Positions 39,877 to 48,771 of a stretch of 52,028 bases of DNA are shown piece after piece. Position 1 is the stretch's first letter. The number at the start of each line of letters is the position of its first letter. The notes below the pieces were generated by a model, which worked only from the letters and a program-made list of their open reading frames with translations, made no database searches and had not been told where the DNA came from. Source of the stretch: Candidatus Parcubacteria bacterium (GTDB lineage Bacteria > Patescibacteriota > Minisyncoccia > Phycocordibacterales > UBA5272). A program made the translations under genes and the position numbers. Location: the NCBI GenBank assembly GCA_039796775.1, contig JBDKJD010000006.1, positions 1 to 52,028 of the forward strand, written 5' to 3'.

Positions 39877-41049
39877 CTACGCCTCCCACTTTTTGTTCAC
39901 CAGTTCTTTTTCTTTTTTGGCTATATCTACAAAGCCTCTATACATACCAGATTCTTTTAGAATTTTTCTAGCGTAACTATGATATGGATAAAGAGGACAA
40001 AGATTGGAACCTTTTTCTCGTAACGTTACAGGGACATGAATAGTTTTTTCTTTGTTCTTTTCATTCATGAAGTAAAGAGAAAACGAAACGGAAGTGAGGA
40101 GTGCGAGCTCTGCAGTCTTTTCTATGCCAAGTTCTTTATAAAAAGAGAAGAGGGGGTGGAGCCCTGATGACTCTTGTTGAGTAGGGAGATTGAGTTTAAC
40201 TATCTTCTTGGCTTTGTCTCCACCTAGTGTGAGAGTGACACCTTTTATTTTCCATGACATAAGCGGTGTGCCGCTTTTATGAGAACCAAAGTCAAAAGAA
40301 TCTTTTTTGAAGTTACTCATGTCATAGGACTCTTCTCTTTCTAAGTAACCATCATTACAGACGACACGGAGAAAGGTATCTAAGAGAACTATCTTATCAT
40401 ACTTACTACCGCTAAAAGATATCAATGCTTCGGTCGTATCTTTTATATATACAACACGTAGGAATTCTTCTTTTTTGCTTCCGATTTCTCTTGCTTTGAG
40501 GGAGTAGTATAGCGTGTTACCAAGTATTGTGTGGGTCGGATCATATTCTTTCCCAAGGCTTTCTTTATCTAGAATGCGTTTATATTCTTTGGTGAGTTCT
40601 GTTATCTTAAATTCAGCATCTTTGAGATCGAGGTCCTTTGTCTCATAGAGCATATAGCTAGGCTTCACAAAAAAAGAATGTAGGAATAAAACATCCTCGA
40701 ATATATCGTCTTTATGAAAGAGATAATAATAGAGAGCTGTATCTTCTTTTGATGTGCAGTCAATCGTTGTTACAGAAGATACATTTCTTTTTTTAAGAAC
40801 GAGAGGGAAGAGATACTCTCCATGCACGGAAGCGGGTGTGGCTATGGTTGTGAGTTCTTCATCTATTTCAATTTTTTGTTCTGGGGAGAGTGAGTCATAA
40901 AAATCTTTGAGGACATTAGTAACTGTTTTTCTTGAAGATTGTTCGGTGAGCTCAAAGAGGGCGATGATGTCATGTCTTTTGTAGAGCTCAGTTATGAGAG
41001 GATAAGCGTGTATTTTTTTGAAAAATGCTTTTGGTTTGAAAGTTGCCAT
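39877..41049 (-). CDS. Hypothetical cytoplasmic protein, about 390 aa
   Basis: Long ORF with ordinary composition; start placed at ATG 41049 (MATFKPKAF); no motif recognised. Confidence 0.75.
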   Translation of the reverse strand: MATFKPKAFFKKIHAYPLITELYKRHDIIALFELTEQSSRKTVTNVLKDFYDSLSPEQKIEIDEELTTIATPASVHGEYLFPLVLKKRNVSSVTTIDCTSKEDTALYYYLFHKDDIFEDVLFLHSFFVKPSYMLYETKDLDLKDAEFKITELTKEYKRILDKESLGKEYDPTHTILGNTLYYSLKAREIGSKKEEFLRVVYIKDTTEALISFSGSKYDKIVLLDTFLRVVCNDGYLEREESYDMSNFKKDSFDFGSHKSGTPLMSWKIKGVTLTLGGDKAKKIVKLNLPTQQESSGLHPLFSFYKELGIEKTAELALLTSVSFSLYFMNEKNKEKTIHVPVTLREKGSNLCPLYPYHSYARKILKESGMYRGFVDIAKKEKELVNKKWEA

Positions 41050-41242
41050 AGTATAGAGAGCGGTGTGTGAAGAGTGAATTTTATACAATAATTCAGATAG
41101 TGTAGCACATGAAGATAAGTGTTTATGATAAATCTGTAAGATAATAGTTTAAACAAGAGGCCTTTAATTTTTTTAAAAATAATGTATAATAGGGGGACAA
41201 AACTTTTTTTCAAAGAAAGAAGAAAGTTTTTGAAACATATAC

Positions 41243-41316
41243 GCAGCGGTAGCTCAGCTGGTTAGAGCACTGCCCTGTCACGGCAGGGGTCGTGGGTTCG
41301 AGTCCCATTCGCTGCG
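41243..41316 (+). tRNA. tRNA-Asp (anticodon GTC)
   Basis: GCAGCGG/TCGCTGC-G; anticodon arm CTGCC-CTGTCAC-GGCAG; T-loop TTCGAGT. Confidence 0.95.
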
Positions 41317-41319
41317 CAA

Positions 41320-41475
41320 AAACAAAAATCTCAGGCTTCTTGCCTGAGATTTTTGTTTATCTTGCAAAGCGAACCAAGAAGTCTCACCTGCGTGAGACTT
41401 CGGGACGAGAATAGGGGTCGCGAATCTACTTCGAGGAACAAAGTGACGAGGTAGATTTGTGACCAAATCCCATCG
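41320..41475 (+). repeat. Post-tRNA hairpin plus tRNA-associated structured repeat, copy C
   Basis: 17-bp stem with TTCTT loop (41320-41358); GAAGTCTCAC-CTGC-GTGAGACTTC; GAATAGGGGTCGC...GTGACC. Confidence 0.8.
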
Positions 41476-41498
41476 ACGTCTATGGTATAATTTTATTT

Positions 41499-41747
41499 AT
41501 GACAAAGGGATATATTCCACAAATGCCACAAAAATTTCCAATAAAGGGAGAAAAGTATCGTCACTATAAAGGAGACTTATATGAAGTTGTTGGTCTTGCA
41601 ATACATTCAAATGATGATATCTGGATGGTTGTTTACAAACCTCTTTATGAAAATGCCGATGCTGAAATGTTCACTAGACCGCTCGATGAATGGTTTTCTG
41701 AAATTGAATGGAATGGGAATTTGGTGCAACGATTTAGTTTAATATAG
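41499..41747 (+). CDS. DUF1653-family protein
   Basis: YRHYKG..YEV...A.HS.....VVYKPLY.....FTRP...; own TGGTATAAT element just upstream. Confidence 0.88.
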   Translation: MTKGYIPQMPQKFPIKGEKYRHYKGDLYEVVGLAIHSNDDIWMVVYKPLYENADAEMFTRPLDEWFSEIEWNGNLVQRFSLI

Positions 41748-41792
41748 TGTGACTATAAATTAACCTAGTTCTCACTTCATCCACTAGAGTGT

Positions 41793-41885
41793 GCAAAAAC
41801 AAAAATCTCAGGCAAGAAGCCTGAGATTTTTGTTTTCGCGCGGCGAATAGTAAAAGATTAAACGTCTTTTACGTGGGACTCGAAC
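41793..41885. repeat. Second copy of the post-tRNA-Asp hairpin plus an antisense tRNA-Asp 3' end interrupted by a hairpin
   Basis: 41797-41835 is the exact reverse complement of 41320-41358. GCGCGGCGAAT[insert]GGGACTCGAAC matches the reverse complement of the tRNA-Asp T-arm/acceptor with one mismatch. Confidence 0.85.
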
Positions 41886-42145
41886 GAAAAAGCGGTTTAC
41901 GAAACAATAAAAAGAAAAGTTAGCCCCTTTTTCTTTTTATTCACACATACCCCGAGCATTAGCCCGTGGGAACTTTGTAGGAAAGTTTGAAAACCTCGGT
42001 TTTCAATAATCCTTGCGGAGCTTTCCTAGATGCCCCCACCGATACGAATGGAATGAGTGAGGGATGGTCTATGACCTGGGGAGCTTCATTATTAGATATA
42101 ATAAAGTAACCATAAGAGCACAGTCTTTGTGCTACTCTTATATAC

Positions 42146-42907
42146 ATGCTCACCACTAAAGACCTTTTTATTTTTGATGTCGATGACACACTTGCTCGGA
42201 GTAAGTGTGAGATGGAAGATGAGATGAGTGAAGTATTCTCTCGACTGTTACCTCACGCACATGTCGCAATTATAAGCGGTGGTAAATGGGAGATTCTAAA
42301 GAAGAATGTAATAGAGAGAATAACAGAAGAAGGGAAGTCTCACATGCATAAGCTGCACGTCCTCCCGACATGTGGGGCGAGATATTTTAAATACGAGGAT
42401 AATGAATGGAAAGAAAAGCATGCTTATCTCATCAAAGAAGAAGATAAGTCAAGAATACGCGAGCTGCTTCTTCTGGCTTCGGAAGGGGAATATGAGAGAA
42501 AAGAAGTATTCGGAGAATTGGTAGAAGATAGGAAGACTATGATGTCATTTTCTATGTTCGGACAGTTTGCACCTATTCATATTAAAGAACCAGCCGACAG
42601 AGATCATTCTCTTAGAAGAAAAATGATAGCCAAGATAGCGCATCTTTTGCCTGATTATGAGTTACGAACAGGCGGAGCTACAACAATTGATGTGACCCAA
42701 AAAGGTATGGATAAAGGATTCGGTATACGAGCGATAAGCCAAGCACTTAACATTCCTTTTGAAAAAATAATTTTTATAGGAGACGCAACACATGAAGGAG
42801 GGAATGACTATCCGGCAGTTGCGCTTGGGCTCGATGTGATTACTGTGAAGAATCCACAAGATACGTTGAAGCGTATAAATACATGGCTTCTAAACAAAAA
42901 TTCTTGA
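42146..42907 (+). CDS. HAD-IIB family hydrolase (eukaryotic-type phosphomannomutase-like)
   Basis: FDVDDTL; ISGG; GGATTIDVT..GMDK; FIGD....GGND. Confidence 0.88.
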   Translation: MLTTKDLFIFDVDDTLARSKCEMEDEMSEVFSRLLPHAHVAIISGGKWEILKKNVIERITEEGKSHMHKLHVLPTCGARYFKYEDNEWKEKHAYLIKEEDKSRIRELLLLASEGEYERKEVFGELVEDRKTMMSFSMFGQFAPIHIKEPADRDHSLRRKMIAKIAHLLPDYELRTGGATTIDVTQKGMDKGFGIRAISQALNIPFEKIIFIGDATHEGGNDYPAVALGLDVITVKNPQDTLKRINTWLLNKNS

Positions 42908-43022
42908 TGATTGAATGTTGGTGATAAAGATTATACAAGACGTAATCATAGATTTGATATTTTATTACAAATAGTGTAGAGTGCTTTGTCAATGTGTATC
43001 ACCTAATGATAATAGTATTTAT

Positions 43023-43406
43023 ATGAGTCACAGCAAAGAACGGCATATACAGAGCAGCGAAATAATAGACACTTTTATGAGAGCTTCTTTTTGGAGGAAT
43101 GTTGCTCTATATTTTATTGCTTCAGTTAAAGAAAGTTTGTCATTTTTTCTCTACTTAATTGTATCTATTTTTAATTATGTGGCGATAGGTTTGGTGGCTT
43201 TATTTGATTGGCTTTTTGATTTTAAGCTCGCTAAAGAATGGATTTTGACAGTCGCATCATTTTTGGTGATAGCATATGTTTTGCATGTGTTTACAGTCTT
43301 CCCTTGGTGGGGAGTGTTCTTACTATCCCTTATTCCTGCTGCGTTTAGATATTGGACACTACTCGTACTTTTCTTTGGAAGTTTAATTGGTATTCTTCTT
43401 GTATAA
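43023..43406 (+). CDS. Small multi-pass membrane protein
   Basis: Three to four hydrophobic helices; start placed at ATG 43023. Confidence 0.65.
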   Translation: MSHSKERHIQSSEIIDTFMRASFWRNVALYFIASVKESLSFFLYLIVSIFNYVAIGLVALFDWLFDFKLAKEWILTVASFLVIAYVLHVFTVFPWWGVFLLSLIPAAFRYWTLLVLFFGSLIGILLV

Positions 43407-43427
43407 TTTGTTATACTGTCGCTTGTT

Positions 43428-44318
43428 ATGAAATATCAAGTTCTCCTTTTTTATAAATACACACATATCGACAACCCGGAAGCCCTAAAGAATTCTTATA
43501 GAGCTCTTTGTGAGAAGTACAATCTAAAAGGCCGTACCATAATCGCTGAAGAAGGAATCAATTCAACTGTTGAAGGACTCACTGAGGATACTGAGAATTT
43601 TCTAAAAGAGTTTCTCGTGGACGCTCGATTCTCTGATATGCAAATTAAGAGAAGTGATGGTACAGGAGATGCGTTCCCTAAGCTTTCTGTGAAAGTTCGA
43701 CCAGAAATCGTAGGTACTCACTTTCCAAAAGAGATTGACCCAACCAAGTTAACTGCGCCACACCTTAAGCCGGAGGAGCTCAAAAAGTGGTATGAAGAAG
43801 ACAAAGATTTCGTGGTGGTAGATATGCGTAACTCGTATGAATTTGCATCTGGTCACTTCAAGAAATCAATTGATCCAGGTATGACTGCATCACGAGAGCT
43901 CCCTCAAGTTATTGATACAATTAAGAAAGAAACAGAAGGCAAAACTGTCCTCACCGTGTGTACCGGCGGAGTGAGATGTGAGAAGATGTCGGCGTATCTT
44001 CTCCATGAAGGGTTTAAGGATGTGTATCAGTTAGATGGGGGTATGCATAGTTATATGGAGAAATATCCAGGGCAAGATTTTAAGGGGACACTTTTTACTT
44101 TTGATAATCGACTCGTGATGGACTTTGGTGGTGAACGAGAAATTATAGGGAAGTGTAAGAAGTGTGATAGAAAGACAGAGCAATACCAGAACTGTGCTAA
44201 TGGTGAATGTAACCTGCTTTTTCTTTTGTGCGATGGGTGTACGAACGAAGATGAGCCAATTTTTTGTAGTAATGAATGTAAAGAACGTGCCGTGCATATA
44301 GTACAGAGAGTGAGATAA
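43428..44318 (+). CDS. trhO: tRNA U34 hydroxylase TrhO (UPF0176, rhodanese domain)
   Basis: LLFYKY; EGINST; DMRNSYE...GHF; CTGGVRCEK; Cys-rich C-terminus. Confidence 0.9.
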   Translation: MKYQVLLFYKYTHIDNPEALKNSYRALCEKYNLKGRTIIAEEGINSTVEGLTEDTENFLKEFLVDARFSDMQIKRSDGTGDAFPKLSVKVRPEIVGTHFPKEIDPTKLTAPHLKPEELKKWYEEDKDFVVVDMRNSYEFASGHFKKSIDPGMTASRELPQVIDTIKKETEGKTVLTVCTGGVRCEKMSAYLLHEGFKDVYQLDGGMHSYMEKYPGQDFKGTLFTFDNRLVMDFGGEREIIGKCKKCDRKTEQYQNCANGECNLLFLLCDGCTNEDEPIFCSNECKERAVHIVQRVR

Positions 44319-44415
44319 TACAGCCATTAGCAATTAGCTATGAACGCGAAGCCGAAGGCTTCGCGCATCATCTAAAAACTGAAAACATATACCATAAAAC
44401 CTCCTTCGTGCTAGT

Positions 44416-45255
44416 ATGATTTATATGAAATTCGAAGATAAGGTGAAGGGGCTAAGAGAGAAAAAATATAAAGGCAGAGAAACGGAAGAGCTCTTGGAAG
44501 ACATTAAAAAAATGATAGATGGGGAGGCGTACGAATATTTACTCGGGGAGGTTCTTTTTTGCGAAGCAAAGGTCGACCTATCACTTCGTCCTATGATACC
44601 GCGTCCTGAGACTGAGTTTTGGGTTAGACAAGCGCTCGATGAGATCAGGGTCTGTGAGAGCAAGTACACACTCCGTGCGCTTGATCTATTTTCTGGATCT
44701 GGAAATATTGGTCTTGCTATTCTTAAAAATATTCCGGAAGCAACAGTAGATATGATTGAGCTTGATCCAAAACTAAAAGAACAGATTGAAATTTCGATTG
44801 TTAAAAATAATATCAAAAGAACGCGAGCAAGAATTGTGACAGGGGACACGTGGGGAGATAATCAAGAAGAGCTACAAGGGGACCCCTTGTTAGCTACAAG
44901 GGGTCCCCTTGTAGCCACACGGCAGACTTTACAGGGAGCGGTTGGAACATATGATTATATCTTCGCTGTTCCACCGTATGTGCCGAGTGAGATGAAGGAT
45001 GAGGTGACGAAAGAACTCAAAGCTGAAGACCCTCTCTCATTTTTTGATAAAGAAGATGGATTCTATTATCACAAAGAGGTGCTTGCAAGAGCAAAAGAAT
45101 TTTTAAAGGAAGATGGAGTTCTGTATCTAGAATTTGATATTACCCAAAGAGAAAAGATTGAAGTATTAGCCAAAGAATATGGCTTTGAAAGTGCTCGATT
45201 CCTCAAAGATCCCTACGGACATGAATGTGCTATTTGTCTCTCAAAATCCTTTTAA
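44416..45255 (+). CDS. prmC: HemK/PrmC-family release-factor glutamine methyltransferase, with an in-frame palindromic insertion
   Basis: MIPRPETEFWV; LDLFSGSGNIG; VPPY in place of NPPY; DGFYY; start may be 44425. Confidence 0.8.
   Translation: MIYMKFEDKVKGLREKKYKGRETEELLEDIKKMIDGEAYEYLLGEVLFCEAKVDLSLRPMIPRPETEFWVRQALDEIRVCESKYTLRALDLFSGSGNIGLAILKNIPEATVDMIELDPKLKEQIEISIVKNNIKRTRARIVTGDTWGDNQEELQGDPLLATRGPLVATRQTLQGAVGTYDYIFAVPPYVPSEMKDEVTKELKAEDPLSFFDKEDGFYYHKEVLARAKEFLKEDGVLYLEFDITQREKIEVLAKEYGFESARFLKDPYGHECAICLSKSF
44871..44915. repeat. REP-like nested palindrome inside prmC
   Basis: GCTACAAGGGGACCCCTTGT-TAGCT-ACAAGGGGTCCCCTTGTAGC: a perfect 20-bp inverted repeat whose arms are each palindromic. 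Confidence 0.85.
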
Positions 45256-45417
45256 ATAATGAGTTTTTGTATTTCATAAACCCCAGTTTTACATTTTGGA
45301 AAACCTTGCGGAGCCGGGTAGGCGAGCAAGAGCGCAATTTTTAGCAAAAAATTGACGTGTTTTTCCAAGGGGTAAAACTAAAGAGAAAAGATGTTTAAGT
45401 AGAAAGCATTGAATTTC

Positions 45418-45446
45418 TTGACATTTGACACCAAGTCTGCTAGAAT
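45418..45446 (+). promoter_or_regulatory. Sigma70-type promoter of the DEAD-box helicase
   Basis: TTGACA-17 nt-TAGAAT with TG extension. Confidence 0.8.
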
Positions 45447-45608
45447 GAGTACATTATTTCCCTTGTGGATACTCTTAATTTGAGGTCAGTTTCTATAAAG
45501 ACTTTTGCGAGCGTAGCCATAAAAACTCAACACATTTAGATTGAGATTCCTTTTTTGAATACAAGAAAAGGCGAGGCGCAATAATGACCTAATCGAATAA
45601 ATTACTAT

Positions 45609-46982
45609 ATGTACACTATGATTATTGGTGGTCCATCTAATGGATCACAAAGTACTTCTTCACGTGGATCAGGAAGAGGTGATACAAAAAATTACAGAAA
45701 TAAAGAAAGAGGAACCCGTGAAGGAGGAGAGAGATCGTACTCATCATCAGGAAGAAGAAATGAAAGATCTGAAGGAAGAGGCGGCTACGCTTCTCGAGGG
45801 AGAAATTCTCGTTTTGGAGGAAGGGGAGGTGCTCATGCTAAGCCTTTTAATCCAAAGAGAGCTTTCAAGAAAGATTATATTGATGAGAAGCTTTTCATCA
45901 ATAAAGAGGCGGTGGTCTCTGAAGCAACTGATTATGTTGCGACACATAAATTTACTGACTTCGGTGTTGCTGAACTTCTTTCACAGAACCTAACAGCAAA
46001 AGGTCTTATCAACCCGTCCCCGATACAAGATCAGTCTATTCCTGTTGCTCTTGAGGGTAAGGATATTATCGGTATTGCTTCAACCGGAACTGGGAAGACC
46101 GCAGCGTTCCTCATACCACTTATCAACAAACTCGTCGCTGACAAAGAGCATAAGATAATGATTCTCTGCCCAACCCGTGAGCTTGCTCTTCAGGTAGAAA
46201 ATGAGTTCATCGCCTTCACAAGAGGGATGAAATTATTCTCAGTATCTTGCGTTGGAGGTGCTCCTATAATGAGACAGATAAGAGAGCTCGAACTCGGAGT
46301 TCATGCAGTTATCGGCACTCCAGGAAGAGTGAAAGATCTTATCGAAAGAGGGAAGATTAACATGAGTTATTTTGATAGTATCGTTTTAGACGAAGCTGAC
46401 AGAATGCTTGATATGGGATTCATTGATGACATGAGATCAATACTCGGCAAGATGCCAAGAGAAAAGCAAGGATTATTCTTCTCAGCTACCTTCTCACCAG
46501 ATATCAAAAAACTTTGTTCTGATTTCTTGAGAGATCCGGTAACTGTTTCTATTAAGACTCGTGATACAGCGACATCTGTGATGCAAGACGTTGTCCGTGT
46601 TGGGAATGACCATGATAAAGTCGAAGCGCTTCATGACATATTATCTCGACCAGAAGCTAAGAAGGTTCTTATTTTTAGAGAGATGAAGCGTCATGTGGAC
46701 GGACTCGCAGAGGAATTGAACAAGCGCGGATTCAAAGTGCTCGCACTTCACGGAGACATGCATAACAGAGAAAGAGAAAGAGCCGTTAAAGCGCTTTCTA
46801 TGGGGCGTGTACAAGCACTCATCGCAACTGACGTTGCGGCTCGTGGTATTGATATTCCTGATATTTCTCTCGTTGTTAATTATGATATTCCAAATAACTA
46901 TGAGACATATGTTCATAGAATTGGTCGTACAGGACGTGGAACAAAACTTGGTTTTGCTCTCACGTTTGTGCCGAATAGATAA
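45609..46982 (+). CDS. DEAD-box RNA helicase with Arg/Gly-rich N-terminal extension
   Basis: Q motif; TGTGKT; PTRELA; DEAD; SAT; ARGID; HRIGRTGR. Confidence 0.96.
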   Translation: MYTMIIGGPSNGSQSTSSRGSGRGDTKNYRNKERGTREGGERSYSSSGRRNERSEGRGGYASRGRNSRFGGRGGAHAKPFNPKRAFKKDYIDEKLFINKEAVVSEATDYVATHKFTDFGVAELLSQNLTAKGLINPSPIQDQSIPVALEGKDIIGIASTGTGKTAAFLIPLINKLVADKEHKIMILCPTRELALQVENEFIAFTRGMKLFSVSCVGGAPIMRQIRELELGVHAVIGTPGRVKDLIERGKINMSYFDSIVLDEADRMLDMGFIDDMRSILGKMPREKQGLFFSATFSPDIKKLCSDFLRDPVTVSIKTRDTATSVMQDVVRVGNDHDKVEALHDILSRPEAKKVLIFREMKRHVDGLAEELNKRGFKVLALHGDMHNRERERAVKALSMGRVQALIATDVAARGIDIPDISLVVNYDIPNNYETYVHRIGRTGRGTKLGFALTFVPNR

Positions 46983-46985
46983 ACG

Positions 46986-47051
46986 AAAAAGAAAAGAAAA
47001 AGCAAAGAGCGCGGCCGTACGGCCGCGCTCTTTGCTTTTTCTTTTCTTTTT
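46986..47051. terminator. 66-bp perfect palindrome acting as probable terminator
   Basis: 33-bp arms with no spacer, centred on 47018/47019, with T-rich 3' arm. Confidence 0.8.
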
Positions 47052-47160
47052 GTATACTAGCGTTATCGTCTTTTGAATGACGTCAGTTAAGATAGATATT
47101 GTATTTTTGAAATTAAACTAGATTACTAATTACTAAAAACTAATTACCGTTCATAACTAT

Positions 47161-47709
47161 ATGGCACAATTAAAAGAAGGATCAAAAGTTCCACAAGTAG
47201 TATTCAAGACTCGTGTAAGAGATGAGTCAGTTGGGGGAGAGAATCCGTTCCGATGGCAAGATGTGAAGACTGCAGATATTTTTAAAGGAAAGAATATTGT
47301 ACTTTTCTCTCTTCCTGGAGCGTTTACTCCAACATGCTCTTCGACTCACTTGCCTGGATATGACAAGCAGTATAAAGAGTTCAAGAAGTTAGGAGTAGAC
47401 GAAGTTATCTGTCTCTCTGTGAATGACGCATTCACTATGTTCCAATGGGCTAAGCATTTGAAAGTAAAAAATGTATTCATGCTTCCGGATGGGAATGGTG
47501 ATTTCACTAATAAAATGGGTATGCTTGTGAAGAAGAATAATCTCGGATTCGGAGATCGTTCATGGAGATACTCAATGTATGTTTCAAACGGTGTGATTAA
47601 GAAGATGTTTATCGAGAAGGGGTTCAAGGATAATTGCAAGACTGATCCATTCGAAGTGTCAGATGCTGATACAATGCTTGCTTACTTGAAAGAATCAAAG
47701 ATGAAGTAA
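47161..47709 (+). CDS. Peroxiredoxin, Prx5 type
   Basis: LPGAFTPTCSSTHLPGY; SVNDAF; GFGDRSWRY. Confidence 0.93.
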   Translation: MAQLKEGSKVPQVVFKTRVRDESVGGENPFRWQDVKTADIFKGKNIVLFSLPGAFTPTCSSTHLPGYDKQYKEFKKLGVDEVICLSVNDAFTMFQWAKHLKVKNVFMLPDGNGDFTNKMGMLVKKNNLGFGDRSWRYSMYVSNGVIKKMFIEKGFKDNCKTDPFEVSDADTMLAYLKESKMK

Positions 47710-47752
47710 GATCGCAAGATTAAGCTGTTCTAGGTGGTACAAACATCAAAGA

Positions 47753-47818
47753 AGAGCGGTAGCAAAAACAAAACCGCAGACCGTCCGGCCTGCGATTTTG
47801 TTTTTGCTACCACTCTTA
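47753..47818. terminator. Bidirectional terminator-like hairpin
   Basis: AAGAGCGGTAGCAAAAACAAAACCGCAG...CTGCGATTTTGTTTTTGCTACCACTCTT between convergent genes. Confidence 0.75.
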
Positions 47819-47841
47819 ATTACAAAAGTCTTGTTAAGTGA

Positions 47842-48423
47842 TTATGAACGAGCGCTTTTCTTTATTTTTTCTAAAAATGAAGCCAAGTGACGTGATCGCT
47901 TCTCATCTTTCCATCTATCTAAGTTCCCGCATACTTTGAAGTCTGTTACATCGACTCCACAAAATCCGAATACACATGTTTCCCAGAATGTGCGAAGTGG
48001 AAGTAGAAACGGTATATGATAATACCAAGAAGGTCCGCCGGAAGTTGCGAATATTTTGGCACTTTTGCCGTCAAGAAGTTTTATTACTTTCCCATCTGGT
48101 CCGTATTGATAGGTAACACGCGGCCAAATAGTTAGGTCTACCCAGTTTTTGAGTATTGCAGGAGCTCCAGACCACCATACAGGATGTACTATTACGATTT
48201 CATGCGCCCATAAAATTTGTTCATGGAACTTTTCTTGGACTTTTGATTTTTTCATTTCTCGAATATTTTCAAATTCCAAAAGAGGGACAGCGTATTCCTT
48301 TGAATAGAGATTAACAATATCAACAGTGTGACCCATATCTTTTTTGATATCGGCGTATGTATTAGCTATAAGATGTGTGTCTCCAAGTGAAGACGGATGT
48401 GCAGTTACGATAAGAATATTCAT
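47842..48423 (-). CDS. NAD(P)H-dependent oxidoreductase, flavodoxin-2 family
   Basis: ILIVTAHP; HPVWWSGAPAILKNWVD; TSGG. Confidence 0.9.
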   Translation of the reverse strand: MNILIVTAHPSSLGDTHLIANTYADIKKDMGHTVDIVNLYSKEYAVPLLEFENIREMKKSKVQEKFHEQILWAHEIVIVHPVWWSGAPAILKNWVDLTIWPRVTYQYGPDGKVIKLLDGKSAKIFATSGGPSWYYHIPFLLPLRTFWETCVFGFCGVDVTDFKVCGNLDRWKDEKRSRHLASFLEKIKKSARS

Positions 48424-48578
48424 AGATGTGTACTAAGTGTAAGAGTAGTTTTATTTCTTTGCCAGGGATAACAAAAATATTTTTTGTACAAATTTTGTGT
48501 TTTTTTAAGCAAGAAATCGACAAAGAACGCAACGACGAAGATCTCTTCAAATAACACACAGATAGAGAAAAGGAAGAG

Positions 48579-48647
48579 AAAGAAGCGGGATACAGCAAAA
48601 AAAGCATTACAAAGTAATGCTTTTTTTTTGCTGTATCCCGCTTCTTT
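48579..48647. repeat. Long near-perfect inverted repeat in a divergent intergenic region
   Basis: AAAGAAGCGGGATACAGC-A7-GCATTAC-AAA-GTAATGC-T9-GCTGTATCCCGCTTCTTT. Confidence 0.85.
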
Positions 48648-48771
48648 ACTGACAGAGAACAAGAGCATCATGTGGCATCTCTCTAGTTATCCCCAAATAC
48701 TTCAGATTTTCTAGTAATTTCAATGCTTTTTTAGGATATACTCATATCATACGCAGAACGTGTTTCCTCTT

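Noticed and set aside
48362-48714. Three short overlapping ORFs in the divergent intergenic region
   Set aside because: They are low-complexity translations of the inverted repeat and A/T tracts with no coding signal.
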